Part shown: positions 10,177 through 17,451 of the stretch, one piece after another
How the letters are laid out: every line of letters starts with the position of its first letter
Position numbering within the stretch: the first letter of the stretch is position 1
IMG/VR virus record: IMGVR_UViG_3300027985_000978
Location: 17,680 to 81,679 of that record
Reading direction: 5' to 3' (one strand)
Length of the DNA stretch: 64,000 nucleotides
Source of the DNA: a virus
Program-made: the position numbers and the translations under genes
Notes under the pieces: model-generated
Told to the model about the DNA's origin: nothing
The model's database searches: none
Seen by the model: the letters and a program-made list of their open reading frames with translations, nothing else

Positions 10177-11304
10177 ATGTACTTTTCTAACGCTGCTCAA
10201 GCCTACACTTTCCTTTCTGATAAAACCGCTTATAACGCGCATGTATCCGCTGTTGCTGCAATCAAAAATGAATTAGGCGTTAAGAATTTTAAGGCGCTGG
10301 CATCTTCTTATCGCCATACTCAATCTGCACAAAAAGAAGCCCTTAAAGCTGTTAAAGGCGGCAAAAAATGCACTCAGTCACGATTCGTTGAACTGTGCAA
10401 AGAATACAGCTCTTTGCTTGAGTATCGTAAAAATATTCAGGCAGCTAAACACGCTCGCGCATATACATCCAGCAACACACCACGTAAAAACTGCACTGTG
10501 TTTGCATGGAACGCGCACTATTCATCCCAAAAAATGGATAACAAAAAAGTGCGTGATATGGCAATCAATCAGGGCCGTTGCGGTACTGAAGCCATGAAAG
10601 CAAAACGCTTAGACATCATTCGCGGCATCATTAGCCGTGAAGTTGTTCCGTCTGTATCTGGCTCTGAATCAATCACTGTTTCACTGGTCACTGATCCTGC
10701 GCTGGTTTCTTATAATTCACGCACCGATAAAGGCGATCAATACAGCAAACGTTGTACTTTCCGTAAAACTGACTTGTATGTGCATGTAAAACTGCCTGCA
10801 CAATGGTACAGCCGCGTTTACAAGCGCGATCTGTATGAAATTGACGGCCTATTTAATCTGGACGTATCAACCGCCCTGCATGGCAATTACGGTGAAGGCG
10901 TTGAAGTGTTCGCCGCCACTTGGTTAGTTGATAGTCGCGGTACATCTAAAAACGTTGTGCGTGGCTTTATCGCTCGTCGTGGTATCTATGCTTTTCATGG
11001 CAAAACCTTAGCCAGCGCTGTGCAAGGATTGGCGCGGAAATGTGAAATTCAATCTCTGATTCAATCAGAGCCTAGCGACATCATTGAACGCGCTAAAAAA
11101 GTGGACGGCGTACTTCACCTATCTGATAGCTATGCAGTCGGTAACTGTGAATGGGGTACGCTTGATTTCTGCGCTCGTCACAATATCGCCGTAACCGGTG
11201 AAAACCCATCTATCACAGTCAAAGAACTGGCTCAAAAAGTCGCACTCGAACCGCGCCGTGAAGCGCTGGCGGTTCTGGTTCGTGCAATCAAAAAACACAT
11301 CTAA
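10177..11304 (+). CDS. Hypothetical basic phage protein
   Basis: 375 aa, strong RBS AAGGAG. C-terminal GNCEWGTLDFC motif, function unknown. Confidence 0.7.
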   Translation: MYFSNAAQAYTFLSDKTAYNAHVSAVAAIKNELGVKNFKALASSYRHTQSAQKEALKAVKGGKKCTQSRFVELCKEYSSLLEYRKNIQAAKHARAYTSSNTPRKNCTVFAWNAHYSSQKMDNKKVRDMAINQGRCGTEAMKAKRLDIIRGIISREVVPSVSGSESITVSLVTDPALVSYNSRTDKGDQYSKRCTFRKTDLYVHVKLPAQWYSRVYKRDLYEIDGLFNLDVSTALHGNYGEGVEVFAATWLVDSRGTSKNVVRGFIARRGIYAFHGKTLASAVQGLARKCEIQSLIQSEPSDIIERAKKVDGVLHLSDSYAVGNCEWGTLDFCARHNIAVTGENPSITVKELAQKVALEPRREALAVLVRAIKKHI

Positions 11305-11366
11305 TTCTAGTCCCCACTAGCAAACCTGCCGCGCCTGTTATGGTGCGGCCTTTTGGAGTACCTATC

Positions 11367-11783
11367 ATGGCATCTGTAAAAAAATCTGTTCGTCTGATTG
11401 ATGCAACTATCCGTATTTGTCGCGTTATTTCCCGTATCAGCAAAGTAGCACCAGACAATGAAATTAACTGGTCTGGTTCGATTAACACTATGGCTGCCGA
11501 ATATGCGCTGATCATGGAAGAGAACAAACCAGAACTGACATTCAATCAATGGAACGCGCTTTACTGTCTGTATAACGGCTATATGCCGTCTGAATACCCT
11601 GAAAGAGAAGCACGGCTTTTGTGGTGGCACATTTCTGAAGGGTACACATGGGATGAACAGATAAAGGAATTCTTAGGCACGCAAGAAGCGGCGGCGGCCC
11701 TCATTGAAGAAGTGAAAGGATGGAACGTTGCCAAACAGCTATCAGCCATCTATCACGCCAAGGCGTTCTGGTCGGAGGTGTAA
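11367..11783 (+). CDS. Putative ribbon-helix-helix regulator
   Basis: RBS GGAG. N-terminal KKSVRL strand then helices (NWSGSIN...PELTFNQWNAL). Confidence 0.5.
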   Translation: MASVKKSVRLIDATIRICRVISRISKVAPDNEINWSGSINTMAAEYALIMEENKPELTFNQWNALYCLYNGYMPSEYPEREARLLWWHISEGYTWDEQIKEFLGTQEAAAALIEEVKGWNVAKQLSAIYHAKAFWSEV

Positions 11784-11875
11784 TCATGCAGCCACTAAAA
11801 ACACCTTTCACCACCTCACAGATTGATTAGGATAAGATCTCCCATTGGCTCGTAATGACAATGGGAGATCTTATA

Positions 11876-12313
11876 ATGACAACCACATTACCCCGTGGGA
11901 TTCGCAACAATAACGCCGGTAATATTGATTATCACGCATCAGTTCAATGGCAGGGATTAGACCCCGCAAAACCTTCTGACGGTCGATTCTGCCGGTTCAT
12001 CAAACCTGAGTATGGTATCCGCGCTATTACTCGTATCCTGCGCAACTACACTAAGCGTGACGGCACAGCTGGCGTGGGACTGAAGGGCATTGATACCGTT
12101 TATGAAATTATCAATCGCTGGGCTCCGCCAACAGAAAACGACACGGGCGCTTATATCGCCGCAGTCGCTAAAAATGCAGGCGTTGATCCGAAAGAACACA
12201 TCGAACTGACAGAAGAAAAACTGCTAGTTCTGGTGAAAGCGATTGTGAAGCATGAAAACGGGATTCAGCCGTATTCAGATAGCACCATTTTGGCCGGTAT
12301 TAAGTTAGCTTAG
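11876..12313 (+). CDS. Lysozyme-like protein (P5-type virion protein / endolysin candidate)
   Basis: PRGIRNNNAGNI, RFCRF..PEYGIRA, IINRWAPPTENDT, IVKHENG motifs. RBS lies in a 16-bp stem. Confidence 0.75.
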   Translation: MTTTLPRGIRNNNAGNIDYHASVQWQGLDPAKPSDGRFCRFIKPEYGIRAITRILRNYTKRDGTAGVGLKGIDTVYEIINRWAPPTENDTGAYIAAVAKNAGVDPKEHIELTEEKLLVLVKAIVKHENGIQPYSDSTILAGIKLA

Positions 12314-12366
12314 AGCCGCTTAAAACGACTTATTTGCAATCTCTTAAAAACTGATTAGGATAATCA

Positions 12367-12449
12367 ACGGGCAACTTACACAGTAACTTGAATAGGACAA
12401 GGCTGGGTAGGATGGGAAAAGGGCAGTCTTCGGACTGCCCTTTGTCTTT
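12367..12449 (+). ncRNA. Candidate trans-acting sRNA (sRNA1) complementary to late-gene leaders
   Basis: TTGCAA-16-TAGGAT promoter (12334-12361), no ORF, terminator at 12418-12449. Elements CGGGCAAC and AGGCTGGGTAGGATGGGAAA recur antisense in five leaders. Confidence 0.6.
12417..12449. terminator. Bidirectional intrinsic terminator
   Basis: AAAGGGCAGTC-TTCG-GACTGCCCTTT between convergent units. Confidence 0.85.
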
Positions 12450-12806
12450 CTAGCGGTTCAACAAGTTCAATAACGCATTGTGTCGTCTGACATGGGCCGG
12501 AACCGATTCAAACATATCTGAATCACTTTCTTCCGAATGATTACCGTCTAAATCGTCGCTGGTGGCCTCTGTCAGCCCCGTTACAGTGATTCCGGCACTT
12601 TCAAGCGCCATAGATACCCCGATTGGCGTAAATGCGCCTACAGCCATTCTACAGCCTCGCCCGTCCTGTTCGCCGTCGCTCATACCCTCAATTGTTTCCT
12701 GATATTCTTCTGGTGTAACAATCATTGCGGCTGGTTCGTCGGATGATTCGACATCGAACCGACACACCACCAGCTGATCAAACAATGTAAATGATAGTTC
12801 CTGCAT
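12450..12806 (-). CDS. Small acidic protein in the P1 hxr position
   Basis: 118 aa, coupled to ddrB. Assignment by synteny only. Confidence 0.55.
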   Translation of the reverse strand: MQELSFTLFDQLVVCRFDVESSDEPAAMIVTPEEYQETIEGMSDGEQDGRGCRMAVGAFTPIGVSMALESAGITVTGLTEATSDDLDGNHSEESDSDMFESVPAHVRRHNALLNLLNR

Positions 12807-15800
12807 TACTTACCCTGCCCTTCCAGTGATAACCCCTGCTTCCCCAGCCGCTTAACAATAGCAAGCATGAGCGCCAAGTGTTCAGGATCTTTCTGTGCTA
12901 GTTCCGCAATCCCTTTATCTGAAGACAAGCACCCCATCCCCATTGAAACAACTTCAGTCCAGCTAACGTCCGGCCATGTACCATAAACCCGCCCAACGTA
13001 TGGTTCGAAAAATCCATCATTGATAGCAACCTCATTCTTGCCATAACCAGCGCTTTGACACATATCAGCTAATTTGCGGATCGGACGCGGATCAGAAATC
13101 CCCGCGTAACGGCGCTTTAGTAATGCCGTGGCTTGTTCAAATACCCACTTATTATGAAATTCAATGAAGTGCCCGAACTCATGCCACAGCGTTTCTTTTG
13201 TGAGCGCGTTCCCGACATTCAACACCAAATCATAGGGGTTTGCACTGGCGCGTTTTTTCTTATATGCCAAGGTGATTTCTTCTACATTGCCGCCTGATAA
13301 CTGGTAAAGCGTTGCTAAGTCATCCCGAACATCTGGGATTGAGTATGTGCCAGCTAAACGAGTGGACGTTATTTTTACGGGCGTATTCTTTGCGCGTGCC
13401 TGCGCTGCCTCTGGCGTAACAACTGAATTTGCTAATGTATCCGCAATGATTTCCTTTACAGGGTTTATCCCTGCAATGATGTCTGCATTCTTCGCTGAAG
13501 CGATCTCTCGGTTTACTTCCCCCATTAACTTATTAGCAATTTTGAGAATGAAAATACCTTCCGAACGATACTCTTTAAACCAAGCGTTCAGGCCGTCATA
13601 AACAGCATCACGCGACATTGGCGGGTTAGCCTTAACTTTTTCGATAATGTCTTTCACTTTAGCGCTTAATGCCGCTCTGGATGTGGCGCTCATCTGCTTT
13701 GCATCTTTAACGCGCTTAACGGACGCCGTTATCAGTGATTCGTTAATCTGTTTATCTAAATTGTCATCAAAAAACACCGACGCATCAATGGTTGCAATAG
13801 ACAAGCCTTTCACTATGTCATGTATGGCATCAATATCTTTTTCAAAGTCAGTTTTAAGGCCGGTTGATTTATCGAACCACTCCAACAGATCGGGTATTGC
13901 GCGTGCTTTTTTCACTTTCGGTTTATAGAAGTCAAGGTTTCTAAGCATCTGAAAACCAGTTGCTTCAAGCATCACCACCGGTTGATATGCGCCGGTTGTA
14001 TCGCCGGTATCTAACCACTCTTTGAAATCATTCATGTGCAGCTGGTGGATCGACTCGGCGGCGTTCCAGCCCGTTTCGTAGTTCGATAGATAAGCATCAT
14101 GGGCGCTATCTCTGTCAGAAAATCCCAGCATTACCTTATGTTCGTCAAAATGCCCTGTTTCTTGGTCAATTTGATTCACAATAAATACTTGGTCACTATC
14201 CAGTTCGTCACCCAAGAAGAAATCAACGTGATCGCCGTCTGCGCCTTCGGTTCGTTTGATATATCCGTAGTGGTGCATCATCTTGCTTTCCCACTCTTTG
14301 CCGGACGCATCAACACCCCGACGAACTGAGCCTTTTGGATTCTCATAAGTGAGCGGTAGCCCGTGAAAATCTACATGTCCTTTCGTGTAATTTCCGGCTA
14401 TCTGTTGCGCTGGCGTTGGATCGATATTCACCAGCATTGCAGCTGCCGCGATCTGGCGTGCTAACACTGAGTCAAACATTCCCAGCGTCATTCCTGCTTT
14501 GTCTCCGTACTGTTCTTGCATCTGCTCTGATACCCGCGCCAGAACGGTGATTAAATCAAGTGGCGGTGCACCAAACATATCACCGGCTGCCTGCCCTTGG
14601 TGGGTTAGTTCAGCGTTAATTTCACCAGCTAATAGCCTGAAGGCTTCGCCCATGCGTTTTGCAGATCGGTTGTTGTCAGCAATGAATTTAGCCAGTGCTG
14701 CCGCACTTGGATCGGTATCGCCAAACAATGCGCCCTGCGCTAAATATTCATCAATGTTCTGGCCGGTTGATTTAGCCGTTCTGACAATCGTTGCAGCGTC
14801 CACCAGTGCGGCCAATGCTTCATTATCCAGACTGCTGTTAATCTCGATACCATCAGCCACGTTACTAGCTGTTTGTTTGTGGGCCTCACCAGATAAGTAG
14901 CGCATAGCGATAAAATCAGGCGCGGCGGCGTTCAGGGCCGTTAGAACGTTGCGGATTTCTGGATCTGGTTCTTCAACTGACAGCTTTAGTAGCTTTTCGT
15001 TTTGATAGGCTTTCGCAAAGATAGCGCCTTGTATCCGGTCTACTACCTGCTTTGTCGGTCTGCCGTCTGCCGTCATATAACCGGCTGCCTGTTCGCTGCC
15101 AAGTTTTTGCATGAATGCTTGAATGAAAGGCAGGTTACTAGCCGCCAGCAAATCCCCGCCCTCGGACGGTGAAAATAACGACATGGTTTTTTCATCCAGA
15201 TTTTCAGCATCTACCCGCGCCAGTTCGACGGGGCTCATGGCCTGCAAGTCTGAAATGTTTGAATCCTTGGTGAACTGCAAGCGGTCTACATCATCGAGCC
15301 GGACGCGCACTAATACCGGCTGTTCCATGCGTTCAACATCAGCACGTTTAAGCCCGTAGAGTTCAGCGTTATCAATTAGATATTTCCGGTAACTGTCAGC
15401 GTTCCCGTCTGCATAGGCTTTGATAATTGCCATCGAGCGCCCGTTCCCTGACTCAACTACTCGATCACTGCCAACAATCGGCGCACCGTGGCTGGATAAG
15501 CCGGAATCCGCCAGCTGTACCGGCCTTAATGACTTCGATAGTTTGGTGATCTGCATGATACTGGCTGCACGGGTACGATCACGCGGTTGTAGCTCTTGCG
15601 GATAAGCTGCATTGATCTTGCCATCCAGTGAGTTAGACGTAATCAGATCGCTGGCGTCCACCAGCTTAAAGGCTGTTTTGACTTCTTGGCCCTTAACCGT
15701 CACGACATAGCTTACACGGCCATGCTCCACCTGATCGGCTTGCGATACCCATTCATCATTGGCTGGGTTTGTAGCTTGATTGAAGACGGCCAAAAGTGAC

Positions 15801-15859
15801 TTTAAATCACTGGCCCCATGAACGGCTTGCGCCGCCTGTTCGACGTTTAGTGACTGCAT
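12806..15859 (-). CDS. ddrB: DdrB homolog: ddrB-ParB domain + inorganic-pyrophosphatase-like domain + zincin peptidase
   Basis: YPQELQPRDRTR, GAPIVG..VESGNGR (ddrB-ParB). GNYTKGHV...ENPKGSVRRG...HYGYIKRTEGADGDHVD...FDEHKVMLGF (InPase-like). WHEFGH (HExxH). dar operon position. Confidence 0.85.
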   Translation of the reverse strand: MQSLNVEQAAQAVHGASDLKSLLAVFNQATNPANDEWVSQADQVEHGRVSYVVTVKGQEVKTAFKLVDASDLITSNSLDGKINAAYPQELQPRDRTRAASIMQITKLSKSLRPVQLADSGLSSHGAPIVGSDRVVESGNGRSMAIIKAYADGNADSYRKYLIDNAELYGLKRADVERMEQPVLVRVRLDDVDRLQFTKDSNISDLQAMSPVELARVDAENLDEKTMSLFSPSEGGDLLAASNLPFIQAFMQKLGSEQAAGYMTADGRPTKQVVDRIQGAIFAKAYQNEKLLKLSVEEPDPEIRNVLTALNAAAPDFIAMRYLSGEAHKQTASNVADGIEINSSLDNEALAALVDAATIVRTAKSTGQNIDEYLAQGALFGDTDPSAAALAKFIADNNRSAKRMGEAFRLLAGEINAELTHQGQAAGDMFGAPPLDLITVLARVSEQMQEQYGDKAGMTLGMFDSVLARQIAAAAMLVNIDPTPAQQIAGNYTKGHVDFHGLPLTYENPKGSVRRGVDASGKEWESKMMHHYGYIKRTEGADGDHVDFFLGDELDSDQVFIVNQIDQETGHFDEHKVMLGFSDRDSAHDAYLSNYETGWNAAESIHQLHMNDFKEWLDTGDTTGAYQPVVMLEATGFQMLRNLDFYKPKVKKARAIPDLLEWFDKSTGLKTDFEKDIDAIHDIVKGLSIATIDASVFFDDNLDKQINESLITASVKRVKDAKQMSATSRAALSAKVKDIIEKVKANPPMSRDAVYDGLNAWFKEYRSEGIFILKIANKLMGEVNREIASAKNADIIAGINPVKEIIADTLANSVVTPEAAQARAKNTPVKITSTRLAGTYSIPDVRDDLATLYQLSGGNVEEITLAYKKKRASANPYDLVLNVGNALTKETLWHEFGHFIEFHNKWVFEQATALLKRRYAGISDPRPIRKLADMCQSAGYGKNEVAINDGFFEPYVGRVYGTWPDVSWTEVVSMGMGCLSSDKGIAELAQKDPEHLALMLAIVKRLGKQGLSLEGQGK

Positions 15860-15906
15860 ATCGCCTCATAAAAAATAAGGCTGGTGGATGGTCGGGCAAC
15901 TATCTT

Positions 15907-17451
15907 TTATGCAGCGTCAACGATTAGTGACGGGTTCGCATCAATCCATGACACTACGCCGCTTTTGACCACTTCAAAATCGAGCCCAGCATCAGCAACT
16001 TCAACGATTTTTTCACGGAATTTATCAGCCGGTAAATCGTTAAACTTGCCCTGTTGGTACTGGTCAAACAGAACGTTACCGCCTGTTTGTTCTGCTGGTG
16101 GCGTTGGTTCTGGCGCTGGATCTTGCGTTGCCTCACCAGTTGATTTTTTTAGCTCTACTACTGCTTTTGTTACTGTGCCAGCGGTTGCCTTTGCCTTGCC
16201 CTTCTTAACAGTGACTTCAGTGCCGTACTCGCCTTTCTTCAAATAGACTGAGTAATCACCGATCTCTTCATCAATCTTCAGATCGAGCACTTGTCGCTCT
16301 GCCATTTTTAAAGCGGCGAAAACCTGTGTTTGAAGGTACACGGGGATCTTGTCTCTTATATCCGAATAAGACAGTAAGCCGCCTTTCCAATCTTTCCAGT
16401 AGATCAGGAAATCACGATCTTCAATACCCTTTCTCGCCGTAGTATTCCACAGAATAGCGATACCAAGTTTTTCATTACTAAGAACAATATCAGCGTATTC
16501 ACCACCGCGAACACCAGACACAAAAGCATAGTGATTAGCGTTGAGCCCTTCAAATCCGACGACCGAACCAGACAGATCATCTTTTGCCTCTTGATCTGTA
16601 GATGTAACCATCAGGCGGCGACTTTCTCTATCCTTTGCCTTTTGGTACGCATCGGCAAAAGTATTGAGATATATAGAGTCAGCGGGGATTTCGCTAATCC
16701 ATTGCTCCGCGTCGTCACTAAAGAATGGTAATCGCCCCTGATCTCCCTCCGCTTTAAACAGCATCAGAGATAGCGCCATTGACGCGCTATGATAGTCCCC
16801 ATCCTCCATTAGTGCGGTTATTGCTGGCGCACCCCCACTTGCAGCCTGAAGGGTAGTTACAGCAATAGTAACGGTATCACCGAAAGATACCTGACCGTCC
16901 TTTTCTGCATATACATTCTTGGCCGCACGCTCCCAAGGGAAAGCAAGTAAAACACCGTCTTTCGTCTTCTTGGTTTTAATCAATGCTTCCACTGATTTTA
17001 GAGCGCGGTTTTTATAGCGTTGCGGCTGGGGAACATCCAAACCACCTTCACCACGAATGATTTCTAGTGAGTCACTATCAGCGCCTTTTTGCGGATTCCA
17101 GAATACCGCCAACTTCGCTTTGTCATGACTTAAAACTAAATCACGCTGCTGTGAGCCCTTGAATGACTTGATAATGTCCTTCGTGAATGGGGCATGTTTA
17201 ACGCCATTGAATGAAAACCCGATAATGCTTTCATTGATATCAACCGATTCACCGGCTGGTGGCGTTGGTTCTGGCGTTGGTTCCGGCTCAACTACCGGCG
17301 CGGCATCCCCTTTTAATTGCACCATGATTTCACGGCGCTGTTTCAGCTTTGCCAGTTTTTCCATTGCCTTTAAAGTACCGCTCTGAATTTCTTCCTTCAG
17401 AGCGTTTACCTGTTTTTGCAGTCGCATTTTTTCGAGTGCTTTGAGAGCCAT
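15907..17451 (-). CDS. ddrA: DdrA homolog with ~390-aa insertion
   Basis: Between darA and ddrB. DdrA-like helical N-terminus and C-terminal GKFND...SWIDAN, with PEPTPPA linkers flanking the insert. Confidence 0.65.
   Translation of the reverse strand: MALKALEKMRLQKQVNALKEEIQSGTLKAMEKLAKLKQRREIMVQLKGDAAPVVEPEPTPEPTPPAGESVDINESIIGFSFNGVKHAPFTKDIIKSFKGSQQRDLVLSHDKAKLAVFWNPQKGADSDSLEIIRGEGGLDVPQPQRYKNRALKSVEALIKTKKTKDGVLLAFPWERAAKNVYAEKDGQVSFGDTVTIAVTTLQAASGGAPAITALMEDGDYHSASMALSLMLFKAEGDQGRLPFFSDDAEQWISEIPADSIYLNTFADAYQKAKDRESRRLMVTSTDQEAKDDLSGSVVGFEGLNANHYAFVSGVRGGEYADIVLSNEKLGIAILWNTTARKGIEDRDFLIYWKDWKGGLLSYSDIRDKIPVYLQTQVFAALKMAERQVLDLKIDEEIGDYSVYLKKGEYGTEVTVKKGKAKATAGTVTKAVVELKKSTGEATQDPAPEPTPPAEQTGGNVLFDQYQQGKFNDLPADKFREKIVEVADAGLDFEVVKSGVVSWIDANPSLIVDAA

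Noticed and set aside
12367-12449. sRNA1 as CsrA sponge, tRNA or C4 homolog
   Set aside because: Few GGA loops, no cloverleaf, no icd/ant target nearby; leader complementarity explains more.
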